A stretch of 32,000 bases of DNA from Zymomonas mobilis subsp. mobilis ATCC 10988 (GCF_000175255.2 NC_017262.1:1560001-1592000), one strand, 5' to 3'; shown: positions 17,320-27,592, counted from the stretch's first letter. Translations and numbers: made by a program. Notes: generated from the sequence alone by a model not told the origin.

Positions 17320-18438
17320 TCATTTAATTTTTGTCATAAAATCAACAATTGCTTCGGCTGCCCGACGTGATCCACCTAATAGGGGGTAGCCGAAAGTTTC
17401 CTGAAATAGTTTTTCCTGAATAGGGCGATAAAGATGATGCCGCGCCTGTGCCTGTTCGATGGCAGGCTTCAGGGCATCAATGTCTTCTATGACATCCCCC
17501 ATAGTCCAGTGACGAAAATTTGGATTATCCTGCCATTTTATTTTTTGAGGATTGAGAAAAATACAGGGGCGGGGGATCGCCATAAATTCATAAATTTGGC
17601 TACTGACATCTCCAATATAAAGCGCAGCCTGAGAGGTGTACGTCATATCCAGCATTGCCGGAGACCCTGTGTCAACCAAGGTTTTGGTGCTGTGCAGTCT
17701 TTTAAGCCAGTATTTTTTTATCGCAAAATTTTTGTGAAATTGTTTGATATGAGGGGCAACAACCAGATTGTAAGTATGTGCTGTATTAAAAACCTTGACC
17801 AAGGCTTTCATAAAAACAGGCGAAGAGTTTAAATTCCGTTTGTAATGCGGATTATAAAGCGCAAAAGGTCGCTGGTTTTGAAAGGGGTAAGCCATTTTTT
17901 TCCGAATGGCTTCAAAAACATCAAATTTAGGATAGCCTATAATCCGGCTTGTTTGATCGGTTATCAAGCCTTTTTGTTTGAAATCGTGAGTAACTTTTCG
18001 ACCAGATATCAGCGTTAAATCAAATTCTTTGACGAGATGTTCGTCATTCACGTATCGATCACCTGCCCCATGCATCAATAAAATAAGCCGAGGATGATTA
18101 AGCCCCATTTGCTTTAAAATGCCGGCTGTATATTCTGTCGCAACAACGGCATCATAGCGGTTTAATTCTTCAACATTATCTTGCAAGACAAGCAAGCGCT
18201 CTTGATCAAGCCTTTTAGCTAACTTTAAAAGCTTGGCTTTCCATGATTTAAACAGTGGCCGTAATTTCAAGGCGGGCGCATTCAATATTCGCCTGATGCG
18301 GGTCAAATGCTCTACTGTATCAGGGAAACTATAATATTCTGTGACATCGCAATCAGGCATTGCCGCCAATTCGCTGGCAACAGAAGCGGTGTGATAACAC
18401 TGGTAAGGTTCAGCAATATAAATGAATGCAATTTTCAC
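17320..18438 (-). CDS. putative GT-B-fold transferase, CDP-glycerol glycerophosphotransferase (TagF/TagB)-like
   Basis: 372 aa with a GTG start. The C-terminal half shows TagF-like spacing: ALYNPHYK, VVAPHIK, YIGDVSSQIYEFMAIPRPCIFLN. Assigned by motif memory only. Confidence 0.4.
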   Translation of the reverse strand: MKIAFIYIAEPYQCYHTASVASELAAMPDCDVTEYYSFPDTVEHLTRIRRILNAPALKLRPLFKSWKAKLLKLAKRLDQERLLVLQDNVEELNRYDAVVATEYTAGILKQMGLNHPRLILLMHGAGDRYVNDEHLVKEFDLTLISGRKVTHDFKQKGLITDQTSRIIGYPKFDVFEAIRKKMAYPFQNQRPFALYNPHYKRNLNSSPVFMKALVKVFNTAHTYNLVVAPHIKQFHKNFAIKKYWLKRLHSTKTLVDTGSPAMLDMTYTSQAALYIGDVSSQIYEFMAIPRPCIFLNPQKIKWQDNPNFRHWTMGDVIEDIDALKPAIEQAQARHHLYRPIQEKLFQETFGYPLLGGSRRAAEAIVDFMTKIK

Positions 18439-18654
18439 ACTGAATCTGTCTTATATTTGAATTCTTTCGTCTCGAAATTTGATAATCGACGATAGAATTA
18501 TTGCCTAAGCAAGAAGATCTTTGTTCATAGTTTTTACAGGGATACTGTCAACTATCAGTGCTATGATACATAGTAGATTACAAAAAAGATATTTTTTTGA
18601 AAGATTGAGCGTCGATGAAAAAGCGTAAGGATCTATTTCAGCCATCACCTAAAT

Positions 18655-18684
18655 AAAAAAATCCCGCCTCCGAAGAGACGGGAT
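18655..18684 (-). terminator. rho-independent terminator downstream of pepN
   Basis: On the minus strand, hairpin ATCCCGTCTC-TTCG-GAGGCGGGAT followed by a T-run (seen as the A-run at 18655-18660 on the plus strand). Confidence 0.8.
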
Positions 18685-18713
18685 TTTAGAACTAAAAGTC
18701 TTATGAAAGACGA

Positions 18714-21332
18714 TTACTGATTTGACCAACGCTTCAAAGCCGGTTCGACAAGATGGCGCTGAACACTGTTATAGGTGATCTGGTTGATAACCCGCTGAGC
18801 AGACTGACGCGAACGCTGCGGCAGATATTTCTGGGCATAGGTTTTAACCTGACCGGCCAGAGTCATATTGTCGCCCGTCAAGGCCAGATTAGCAATGAAG
18901 CGCGCCCGTGCGGTTTCTTCGATAAAGGCATTAACCTTTTCACGATGATCGACTGCCCAATTAAAGGCCAGATCAGGATGGTTGCGTGCCACGATTGAAA
19001 TCAAGGCTGCGCGGGTCGGTGCATTCGCTTCATCCGTCAGAGCCAACTCAAGCGTTTTTCTTGCCAATTCCTTGTTATTGGTCGCTGCCAAGGCATGGTA
19101 AAGCTGACGCTGACCGGAAGGATCTTTTTCCTTCTTGGCCATGTCGCGCAGTTTTTCCCACATTTCGTTATCGGCATTATAGCCAACGACCTGCAATACC
19201 GCCTCACGGATAGAAGCCGGAATGCTGTCCAGACCATTATTCAAATAGCGCTGGGCGGTGTCGATGGTTTCCTTGTCACCCATTTTACCGAGTAACGGAA
19301 TCAGGCTTTCGCGCAAATCACTGGTGGCGGTCGAGTCACTGACCGAGGATGCCCAACCGATACGGGTCAGTTGCGGTTTTAAACGGGCTATGGCTTTCTG
19401 ACGGAATGCAGCCTGAACCGGACTATGGTCGAGGCGACCGTCAAAGCTGGCGATCTGGTCAGAAACAACATTCAATAACAACGGATCGGAATCCGGTGAG
19501 ATCTGTCCTAACAAGGCCAGATGCTGATCGAAGCTTTCATATCCGCCGCTGGCCAAAGCCATGCTGTCGCTGATAAATCCGACCTGATCCGATAAGGGCA
19601 GGCTCGGCAATTTATCGCTCAAGTCTTTGAAATGTTGCGGCGCATAAAGCGTCCGATAATAACCGAACTGACCCGGATTGATGATTGGCAAAGAGTCAAC
19701 CGGTGCCTGAACCGTCTGATAGGTGGGGCCACTGACCGTCACCGTCGTTGCAGCTTTCTGCTGTCCAGCAGCACCAATAGCAACCGGAACAATCCAGCTA
19801 CGTGAGGTATGTGATGCCGGATCAAGAGCAAACCGATCCTGTGCCAGATTGATGCGGGTGATACCCCCAGCCGTTATGGGCTCGCTGGCACGAATGAGCG
19901 GAACACCGCCTTGCAGAGTGAAGCTGTCAGCGAAACTCTTAACATCTTTGCCAGATGCCTGACTTAACGCTTTCCAGAGGTCATCAGTCGTCGTGTTATT
20001 ATATTTGTTGGCGGCCATATATTGGCGCAAACCATCACGGAACTGATCGGGGCCAATGGCGGCTTCGATCATGCGGATTACTGCCTGACCTTTGGAATAG
20101 GTGATGGTATCGAAAGCCTGATCGATTTCATCCACGGTACCGACATGCTGAATGATCGGATGGGTCGTGGATTTTGCATCCATCGAGAAGGCTGCTTGAC
20201 GGGCATAAGCCACGGTTTGCGCCGGAACATTCCAACCAGGATTCAGATCGCCCGTGACTTTTGAAGCCATCCATGAGGCAAAGCCTTCATTCAGCCATAG
20301 ATCGTCCCACCACTGCATCGTGACCAAATCGCCGAACCATTGATGCGCCATTTCATGGGCAACAACATTGAAGATAGTCTGATGCGCGCTTTCAGGGCTA
20401 CGTTTCGGATCGAACAAGACAGCCCGATCAAAATACATGATAGCGCCCCAATTTTCCATGGCCGAGAAGAACTGGGAAGAGCTGGGAACGGCAATCATAT
20501 CCATTTTAGGCAAAGGATAGGGTGTGCCGAAATAATTGTTATAATAGGTCAGAATCTGGGAAGCTGCATTCAAGGCATAATCGCCCTGATCGGTTGCACC
20601 GCGACGGGTAATGATTCCGATTTCGGTATCTCCGACTTTAACCGCTTTCCGGTCAAGCTTACCAACACCCAAGAAGAGCAGATAGCTCGACATCTTCGGA
20701 GTTTCCGCAAAACGGGTGGTAACCAGATCACTGCCATTTTTTTCGGTGGCGACGACCGGCATATTGGAGAAGGCCAGTTCATCAGCCGGAGCCGTTACCG
20801 CCATTGTAAAGGTGGCTTTGTCATCCGGTTGATCCCACATCGGTGCGAAATAGCGCGCATCGGCAGGTTCAAACTGGGTAACCAGCATCCGCTGGGGGCC
20901 GTCATTATCCTGATAATCAACAGCGAAAAGACCCGCAGAAGACTGGTTGATTCTACCGCGATAGTTGATCGTCAATTCATGCTGACCAACCTGAATCGTG
21001 CCATTGTCACTGGTGTTGATTAAAAGCTGTTGTGCGGGGGCATCAAGCTTCCATTCAACTTTTTTGCCATCCAATGTAATGTCATCAATGACCAAATCGG
21101 CGGCGTTCATGGCGATTACATGTTCAGGTGCCTGAACATTGATCGTAATCTTTTCACGACCGCTAAAGATTAGATCTTTGGCATTAGGTTGTACCGAGAT
21201 ATCATAATGCAGAGGCTTGATGTCTTCTGGCAGACGACCATCCGGATTGGCAAAGGCCGCTGTTGCCATGGCTGGCAATAGAAGGACGGGCGCATGTCGA
21301 AGAAAAGATTTTAATCGGGACTTCTTGAACAT
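18714..21332 (-). CDS. pepN: M1-family aminopeptidase N, secreted/periplasmic
   Basis: HEMAHQWFG...NEGFASW zinc-binding motifs and a GAMEN-like AMENWG. Signal peptide MFKKSRLKSFLRHAPVLLLPAMATAAFA from the ATG at 21332 (AAGGTG ribosome-binding site). The longest ORF starts at 21362. Confidence 0.92.
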   Translation of the reverse strand: MFKKSRLKSFLRHAPVLLLPAMATAAFANPDGRLPEDIKPLHYDISVQPNAKDLIFSGREKITINVQAPEHVIAMNAADLVIDDITLDGKKVEWKLDAPAQQLLINTSDNGTIQVGQHELTINYRGRINQSSAGLFAVDYQDNDGPQRMLVTQFEPADARYFAPMWDQPDDKATFTMAVTAPADELAFSNMPVVATEKNGSDLVTTRFAETPKMSSYLLFLGVGKLDRKAVKVGDTEIGIITRRGATDQGDYALNAASQILTYYNNYFGTPYPLPKMDMIAVPSSSQFFSAMENWGAIMYFDRAVLFDPKRSPESAHQTIFNVVAHEMAHQWFGDLVTMQWWDDLWLNEGFASWMASKVTGDLNPGWNVPAQTVAYARQAAFSMDAKSTTHPIIQHVGTVDEIDQAFDTITYSKGQAVIRMIEAAIGPDQFRDGLRQYMAANKYNNTTTDDLWKALSQASGKDVKSFADSFTLQGGVPLIRASEPITAGGITRINLAQDRFALDPASHTSRSWIVPVAIGAAGQQKAATTVTVSGPTYQTVQAPVDSLPIINPGQFGYYRTLYAPQHFKDLSDKLPSLPLSDQVGFISDSMALASGGYESFDQHLALLGQISPDSDPLLLNVVSDQIASFDGRLDHSPVQAAFRQKAIARLKPQLTRIGWASSVSDSTATSDLRESLIPLLGKMGDKETIDTAQRYLNNGLDSIPASIREAVLQVVGYNADNEMWEKLRDMAKKEKDPSGQRQLYHALAATNNKELARKTLELALTDEANAPTRAALISIVARNHPDLAFNWAVDHREKVNAFIEETARARFIANLALTGDNMTLAGQVKTYAQKYLPQRSRQSAQRVINQITYNSVQRHLVEPALKRWSNQ

Positions 21333-21786
21333 TAAGGCACCTTTAAAAACGAGGCATAGCATTTGTAAATAATGGTCAAGCCATGCCTTTGTATTGTTTA
21401 AATAAATAGCTTTTTATGAAGTATGCTGTTACTATATAAAAAAATTATATAGTTAATGTTTATTAAACTTCATGTTAAATCCATAGCAATTTTACACTTT
21501 TTGAACCTATCTTTAACAGAACGTCTATCAGGATAAAAAGTTCATTCTTTTTATGATCGCGTTATAAAAATTTGCAGCAGATCTATTCTGCTTTAAACGC
21601 GATAAAGGCCTGTTCATTCTGAAAAAGATTTCTATTCATGCTATGATCCTTGGAAAGGATGATGATATGTTCGTTGGAAAAAGGTTATTTCCGTGCTTGG
21701 GTGTAACATATTGTATAAAATATAAAAATTAAAATTTCTTTTATATAGAATATTATAATAACCTATATCATCAATATAGGAACCGA

Positions 21787-22122
21787 ATGAATAGAGAAAG
21801 ACAGGAAGCTGGAATGATTATTCTCTATCGGGGTCGTGGTATTCTTGCCTTTTTTACTTTCATTTTTGTGATTGCTGCCGAAGATTGGCTGATGCGGAAG
21901 ATGGGGCGATCATCCAGATGTGACTATGCCTCGCTTTTTGCGTGGTCTGTTGCTTTTGTAAACTGGGTTATCGGTCGCTATTTGAACCGCAATGCCTTGG
22001 AAGCAAGAAGAGGGCTTTTGTCCTGTCTTTTCTATAATGCGCCGCATCAGTTTTTGGGCTTGCCGATGGAATTATGGTCAATTCCGCTCTTTGCTTTCGG
22101 TTTTTTCTGCTTCCTTGGCTAA
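21787..22122 (+). CDS. small hypothetical membrane protein
   Basis: 111-aa ORF with 3 predicted hydrophobic helices and AGGAA upstream (alternative ATG at 21814). No family recognised. Sits between a 424-bp AT-rich spacer and a tRNA gene. Confidence 0.4.
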   Translation: MNRERQEAGMIILYRGRGILAFFTFIFVIAAEDWLMRKMGRSSRCDYASLFAWSVAFVNWVIGRYLNRNALEARRGLLSCLFYNAPHQFLGLPMELWSIPLFAFGFFCFLG

Positions 22123-22247
22123 GGATTTCAACCCTTTAATAGGGCTTTCTAATGAAGTCTTTTGGGGAATATCTTCAAAATAGCTTGAGAAAAGAAACGG
22201 ATTCTGTCTGTTTCCCTTAAAAATTTCAAAAAAGCGGAAAAGGATAG

Positions 22248-22276
22248 TTGCAAGATATCGGTTAGAACGCTAAACA
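22248..22276 (+). promoter_or_regulatory. putative promoter of tRNA-Ala(CGC)
   Basis: TTGCAA (22248-22253), 17-nt spacer, TAAACA (22271-22276), 14 nt upstream of the tRNA 5' end. Confidence 0.35.
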
Positions 22277-22289
22277 CCATGCCCTAAAT

Positions 22290-22365
22290 GGGGCTGTAGC
22301 TCAGATGGGAGAGCGCTGCAATCGCACTGCAGAGGTCAGGGGTTCGATTCCCCTCAGCTCCACCA
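22290..22365 (+). tRNA. tRNA-Ala (anticodon CGC), CCA encoded
   Basis: 76-nt cloverleaf: acceptor GGGGCTG/CAGCTCC with G3:U70, anticodon loop AUCGCAC, T-arm AGGGG-TTCGATT-CCCCT, ACCA end. Confidence 0.93.
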
Positions 22366-22590
22366 GCCATTCTTATGGCTGCTTTCCCCTTATATAACTA
22401 TCCTGACTTAAAGTTCTTTTGCCTATATTGATTGCGGCAGGCTTATTCTTGCCAATATGGTGCCATCTTATCCCTGTTTCCGGCTATACATCCTGCAAAG
22501 CGGATTTTTTCGACCCTCGCTTATAGCTTCATGGACTCGGTTGTCTTTTGATAGACTGTTTCTCTCGATTCCTGTCATAGCGAGGATAAG

Positions 22591-23421
22591 ATGAAATATG
22601 TGAAGCTGCCGGATGGCACCAAAGTGCCAGCTTTGGGACAAGGTACATGGATGATGGGCAGTGCCCATAACCGCGCCACCGAAGTCGCCGCCTTGAAAGA
22701 AGGTATCGCCCTTGGCATGACGCTTATTGATACAGCGGAAATGTATGGCGAAGGGGCGGCTGAAATTTGCGTCGGGGAAGCCATTAAAGGCACCCCAAGA
22801 GAAAGCCTTTTTCTGGTCAGCAAAGCCTATCCGCAAAATGCCTCGCGTAAGACCTTGCCAAAAGTATGCGAGGCAAGCTTAAAACGCCTCGGCACCGATT
22901 ATCTTGATCTTTATCTGTTGCATTGGCGGGGAAGTGTACCTTTTGCTGAAACCATCGAAACGATGGAAGCCTTGCAATCGGCTGGAAAAATCCGTCGTTG
23001 GGGTGTCAGCAATCTTGATACCGATGATATGGAAGAGTGGATTGCCGCTGGTGGTCAAGCCTGCACAACAGATCAAATCCTGTATAATCTGACCCGTCGC
23101 GGGCCTGAATTTGATCTTATCCCTTGGCTTCGTAAGCATCATATGCCGGTTATGGCCTATAGTCCGGTTGAACAAGGTCGTTTGTTAAAAAATCCGGCTT
23201 TGATCGCCTTGGCACAGGCATTGAATGTTACCCCAGCCCAACTAGGCTTGGCATGGGTGATGCGCCATCCTGACATTATGGCTATTCCAAAGGCGGGTCA
23301 TGTCGCTCATGTAAAGGAAAATTTTGCATCGCTGGATATTGTGCTAGATGACACTATTCTGGCGGAATTAGATAAATTATTTCCGGCACCCACCCGAAAA
23401 CAGCATCTCGCTATCTTATAA
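22591..23421 (+). CDS. aldo/keto reductase
   Basis: 276 aa with AKR motifs (LGQGTW, IDTAEMYG, LDLYLLHW, AYSPV). GAGGA ribosome-binding site. Confidence 0.9.
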   Translation: MKYVKLPDGTKVPALGQGTWMMGSAHNRATEVAALKEGIALGMTLIDTAEMYGEGAAEICVGEAIKGTPRESLFLVSKAYPQNASRKTLPKVCEASLKRLGTDYLDLYLLHWRGSVPFAETIETMEALQSAGKIRRWGVSNLDTDDMEEWIAAGGQACTTDQILYNLTRRGPEFDLIPWLRKHHMPVMAYSPVEQGRLLKNPALIALAQALNVTPAQLGLAWVMRHPDIMAIPKAGHVAHVKENFASLDIVLDDTILAELDKLFPAPTRKQHLAIL

Positions 23422-23441
23422 AAATAGTCAATGGATGAGGG

Positions 23442-23477
23442 AAGGCAGGCCGCTTCAAAACGACCTGTCCTTTTTTA
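23442..23477 (+). terminator. rho-independent terminator after the aldo/keto reductase gene
   Basis: AAGGCAGG...CCTG(T)CCTT stem with one bulge, followed by T6. Abuts the stop codon of the convergent qor-like gene. Confidence 0.6.
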
Positions 23478-24485
23478 TCAAAAAAGCGCCTCTGGCATCG
23501 TCAAAACGATTTTGCCGCAATGATCACGGCTTTCCATTCTTTTATGGGCATCTTGCACTTTTTCTAATGGAAAGCTGCTGTCAATCAGGGGATGGCATTG
23601 GCCTTGTTCTAATAATGGCCAGACTTTTTCTCTCAACGAACGGGCAATATTGGCTTTCTCATCGGCTGTTCTGGCACGCATTGTTGATCCGCTGATAGTG
23701 GCTCGCTTGAATATCAGAGGCAATAAATCGAATTTATCAGCAATTCGTCCTCCCATCGCCCCGACAATGACAAGGCGACCGCCAAAGGCCAAAGCCTTCA
23801 TATTACGGGAAAAATAAGAACCCCCAATAATATCGAGGATGACATCAACACCTTTCCCCGCCATTTCTTCCTGAATAATTGTCAGAAAATCCTGCTCATT
23901 GTAATTGATAGCTATTGCGCCGAGTTTTTCGACTGCGGCGGCCTTTTCTTGATTGCCGACCGTGGTAAAAACTTTCAGGCCACAGGCCTTCGCCAAGATG
24001 ATGGCTGTGCTGCCGATGCCGCTACTGCCTCCATGAACAAGTACGGTTTCACCCGATTTTGCCTGACCGATATCAAAAAGATTCGCCCATACCGTGAAAT
24101 AGGTTTCGGGGATCGCGGCGGCTTCCGTTAAGGAAAGATTGTCAGGGACGGGCAGGGCTTGTTTGGCCGGAATAACCCCATATTCGGCATAGCCGCCGCC
24201 ATTGGTCAGGCCGCATATTCTGTCACCGATTTTGAATTCTTCGACATTTTGGCCAAGGGCAATCACGGTTCCGGATATTTCCAATCCGGGTATCGGGGTA
24301 GCATCCGGTGGCAAAGGATATTGTCCCATGCGCTGGATAATATCTGGGCGGTTGATACCGGCTGCCGCAATTTTTACCAAAATTTCATCCGCTTTTGGCG
24401 TCGGAATAGGTGCATCATGGAGAGCTAGAACATCAGCTGACCCTGCTTCTTTGATGATAACTTCTTTCATCATGTTGCTTGCCAT
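23478..24485 (-). CDS. NAD(P)H:quinone oxidoreductase, zeta-crystallin/PIG3-type MDR
   Basis: MDR fold with nucleotide motif VLVHGGSSGIGSTAI and an N-terminal GINRPD. The start is placed at the ATG at 24485 (MASNMMKEV), preceded by GGAGG with 8-nt spacing. The longest ORF starts at 24533. Confidence 0.88.
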   Translation of the reverse strand: MASNMMKEVIIKEAGSADVLALHDAPIPTPKADEILVKIAAAGINRPDIIQRMGQYPLPPDATPIPGLEISGTVIALGQNVEEFKIGDRICGLTNGGGYAEYGVIPAKQALPVPDNLSLTEAAAIPETYFTVWANLFDIGQAKSGETVLVHGGSSGIGSTAIILAKACGLKVFTTVGNQEKAAAVEKLGAIAINYNEQDFLTIIQEEMAGKGVDVILDIIGGSYFSRNMKALAFGGRLVIVGAMGGRIADKFDLLPLIFKRATISGSTMRARTADEKANIARSLREKVWPLLEQGQCHPLIDSSFPLEKVQDAHKRMESRDHCGKIVLTMPEALF

Positions 24486-24707
24486 TTTTATATCCTCCGG
24501 CATATCCAGTAAAATCTTTAAAGACAGTTCCATCCAATCAGGCTATCCCGACCCAAGGCGCGTATTGGGTTATCTTATCACAGGCAAAGCCATTTGTTTT
24601 TTGTTATTGAAAGGCAGAAGATATCTTGCCCCTTCAAAGCTGGCTTGCCACATAGCGGAGATAGTCGCTGATAATTCCTCTTACGCATAAGAAGGCGGAA
24701 AAGACTG

Positions 24708-25865
24708 ATGCTCAATTTTGATTATTATAATCCGACCCATATTGTTTTTGGTAAAGGCCGTATTGCACAGCTTGATACGCTTTTGTCGAAAGATGCCCGT
24801 GTTTTAGTCCTTTATGGCGGTTCTAGCGCTCAAAAGACCGGCACTTTGGATGAAGTCAGAAAAGCCCTTGGTGACCGCACTTATTTTGAATTTGGTGGTA
24901 TCGAACCCAATCCCAGCTATGAAACTCTGATGAAAGCCGTCGAGCAGGTCAAACAGGAAAAGGTTGATTTTCTGTTGGCTGTTGGGGGTGGATCAGTCAT
25001 TGATGGCACCAAATTCGTAGCAGCCGCCGTGCCTTATGAAGGTGAGCCTTGGGAAATTCTGGAAACGGATGGCAAGAAAATCAAGGAAGCCTTGCCCGTT
25101 GGAACCGTTTTAACCCTGCCGGCTACCGGCTCCGAAATGAACCGGAATAGTGTGGTAACCCGCAAGTCAATCAAATCGAAACGGGGTTTCCATAATGACC
25201 ATGTTTTTCCGGTTTTCTCGATTCTTGACCCGACAAAGGTTTACACTTTGCCGCCGCGCCAGCTGGCAAATGGGGTTGTCGATTCCTTTATTCATATCAC
25301 CGAACAATATCTGACCTATCCGGTTGATGGTATGGTTCAGGATGAATTTGCAGAAGGTCTGCTCCGCACCTTAATCAAAATTGGCCCTGAATTGCTGAAA
25401 GATCAGAAGAATTATGATCTAGCCGCCAATTTTATGTGGACGGCGACCTTGGCTTTGAATGGCTTGATCGGTGCCGGTGTGCCACAGGATTGGGCAACCC
25501 ATATGATTGGTCATGAATTGACGGCCGCCTTTGGTATCGATCATGGTCGGACATTGGCGATTATTCTCCCTTCGCTGTTGCAAAATCAGAGAGAGGCCAA
25601 GAAAGGCAAGCTGCTGCAATATGCCAAGAATGTTTGGCATATTGATCAGGGCTCTGATGATGAACGGATTGATGCCGCAATCGAAAAGACTCGTCATTTC
25701 TTTGAATTATTAGGTATTCCGACCCATCTGAAAGATTATGATGTTGGGGAAGAGTCTATTGATATGCTGGTCAAGGAATTAGAAGCGCATGGCATGTCCC
25801 AGCTAGGCGAACATAAGGCTATTACGCCAGAGGTTAGCCGCGCTATTCTGCTTGCAAGCTTGTAA
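24708..25865 (+). CDS. yqhD: iron-containing NADPH-dependent alcohol/aldehyde reductase, YqhD-like
   Basis: 385 aa, colinear with E. coli YqhD as I remember it (GGIEPNP.YETLM, LLAVGGGSV.DGTKF, LTLPATGSE, GAGVPQDWATHM.GHELTA, GSDDERIDAAI). Confidence 0.88.
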   Translation: MLNFDYYNPTHIVFGKGRIAQLDTLLSKDARVLVLYGGSSAQKTGTLDEVRKALGDRTYFEFGGIEPNPSYETLMKAVEQVKQEKVDFLLAVGGGSVIDGTKFVAAAVPYEGEPWEILETDGKKIKEALPVGTVLTLPATGSEMNRNSVVTRKSIKSKRGFHNDHVFPVFSILDPTKVYTLPPRQLANGVVDSFIHITEQYLTYPVDGMVQDEFAEGLLRTLIKIGPELLKDQKNYDLAANFMWTATLALNGLIGAGVPQDWATHMIGHELTAAFGIDHGRTLAIILPSLLQNQREAKKGKLLQYAKNVWHIDQGSDDERIDAAIEKTRHFFELLGIPTHLKDYDVGEESIDMLVKELEAHGMSQLGEHKAITPEVSRAILLASL

Positions 25866-25913
25866 TTTATTCGAGAAGCCAGAAATGGCTGACTTCTTGT
25901 AAAATATCAAAAG

Positions 25914-25947
25914 AACGGCGCGTCTTATCTTGATGCGCCGTTTTTTT
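25914..25947 (+). terminator. rho-independent terminator after the ADH gene
   Basis: AACGGCGC-13 nt loop-GCGCCGTT followed by a T-run. Confidence 0.8.
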
Positions 25948-26185
25948 ATAGGGATTGCTTCCGGTCTAGGCCAGAAAACCGACCCATAATATTGTTGTGA
26001 TATTTTGCTTTAATATAATGATATTATAATTTTTGTAGATAGTGCCGAGCTAGACCCCATTATACCGTAAAATCGGTTGTATTTTTTAGAATGGGCATGG
26101 ATATAGGCGGCTATATTACTGAATAATCATAGCTGTTTTGCCTCTTTTTAGGTAAAATCAGGGTAATGACCCAGTCGGGAGACAG

Positions 26186-27592
26186 ATGATTACTGAGCGT
26201 CAGACAGATTCCAATGCGATGTGGGGTGGCCGTTTTTCTGAAGGCCCGACAGCGATTATGCGGGAAATCAATGCCTCGATCCCGTTTGATAAACGCTTAT
26301 GGCAACAGGATATTGCCGGTTCCAAAGCCCATTTGAAAATGCTGGTATCCCGTAACATTATCACGGCAGAAGATGGCCAGAAAATTTTGGAAGGCCTCGA
26401 CAAAATCGCGGCTGAATATGCCGAAAAAGGCGTGCCGGAAGACTGGTCTCTTGAAGACATTCATATGGTTACCGAAAAAAGGCTGGCTGATCTGATCGGT
26501 TCGGCGGCCGGACGTTTGCATACTGCCCGTTCCCGTAACGATCAGGTCGCCACCGATTTTAAATTATGGGTGCGTGATGCCATTGATATGGTCGATAAAG
26601 GCCTGACGGCACTTCAGATGGCTTTGGTCATCCGCGCGGAAGAACATGCCGCGACCGTGATGCCGGGCTTTACCCATTTACAGATCGCCCAGCCGATTAC
26701 GCTTGGTCATCATCTGATGGCTTATTACGAAATGATCAGCCGCGATCGTTCCCGTTTTTCGGATGGTCGTAAAAGATTGAACCAATCGCCTTTAGGGGCC
26801 GCGGCCTTGGCTGGGACGGGGTTCAATATTGATCGTCATCAGACGGCCAAAGCCCTTGGCTTTGATGCGCCTACGGCCAATTCACTGGATTCTGTTTCCG
26901 ACCGTGATTTTGCCTTGGATTATCTGATGTCGGCGACCCAGACTGCCATCCATCTGTCACGTTTAGCAGAAGAGATCATTATCTGGGCAAGTCAGCCTTA
27001 TGGCTTTGTTTCTTTGCCGGATGCCTATTCTACCGGTTCATCCATCATGCCGCAAAAGCGTAATCCTGATGCTGCGGAGTTAGTGCGCGGTCACAGCGGG
27101 CGGATCGCCGGTTGCATGAATGCGTTGGTGATGACGATGAAGGGGCTGCCTCTTGCCTATTCAAAGGATATGCAAGACGACAAGCCGCCGGTCTTTGAAG
27201 CGCATGATTTGCTGTCTTTGGCGATTGCAGCGATGACGGGTATGATCGAAACGCTGACCTTTATTCCTGAAAAAATGCGAAAAACAGCCGAAGCCGGTTT
27301 TTCAACCGCAACCGATTTGGCTGACTGGCTGGTGCGTCAGGCTGGCATTCCTTTCCGCGAGGCGCATCATATTACGGGGTCGGCTGTTCGTCTGGCTGAA
27401 ACTAAAGGCATTGCTTTGGATGCCTTATCTATCGAAGATTTAAAGGCCATTGATCCCCGCATTGATGAATCGGTTAAAGCGGTTCTCTCTGTTGATGCTT
27501 CGGTTGCATCTCGGAATAGCTATGGTGGCACCGCACCGGATCAAGTCCGCGCCCGTATTCTTGATGCCAAAAAGACCTTAGGGTTAAACTGA
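26186..27592 (+). CDS. argH: argininosuccinate lyase
   Basis: 468 aa with [19 protein letters not shown] and the fumarate-lyase signature [12 protein letters not shown]. Confidence 0.96.
   Translation: MITERQTDSNAMWGGRFSEGPTAIMREINASIPFDKRLWQQDIAGSKAHLKMLVSRNIITAEDGQKILEGLDKIAAEYAEKGVPEDWSLEDIHMVTEKRLADLIGSAAGRLHTARSRNDQVATDFKLWVRDAIDMVDKGLTALQMALVIRAEEHAATVMPGFTHLQIAQPITLGHHLMAYYEMISRDRSRFSDGRKRLNQSPLGAAALAGTGFNIDRHQTAKALGFDAPTANSLDSVSDRDFALDYLMSATQTAIHLSRLAEEIIIWASQPYGFVSLPDAYSTGSSIMPQKRNPDAAELVRGHSGRIAGCMNALVMTMKGLPLAYSKDMQDDKPPVFEAHDLLSLAIAAMTGMIETLTFIPEKMRKTAEAGFSTATDLADWLVRQAGIPFREAHHITGSAVRLAETKGIALDALSIEDLKAIDPRIDESVKAVLSVDASVASRNSYGGTAPDQVRARILDAKKTLGLN

Noticed and set aside
20340-21023. 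227-aa ORF on the plus strand inside pepN
   Set aside because: It lies entirely antisense to a well-supported M1 aminopeptidase gene. The sequence is low-complexity and odd (rich in I/G/R), with no ribosome-binding site or recognisable family. This is a typical shadow ORF.
24618-24627. 10-bp perfect palindrome AAGATATCTT in the Qor/ADH divergent spacer
   Set aside because: Palindromes of this size are expected tens of times by chance in 32 kb. The flanks do not extend the symmetry.
24202-24690. 162-aa plus-strand ORF overlapping the quinone oxidoreductase gene and its upstream spacer
   Set aside because: Antisense to a convincing MDR-family gene. The composition is atypical and nothing supports it independently.
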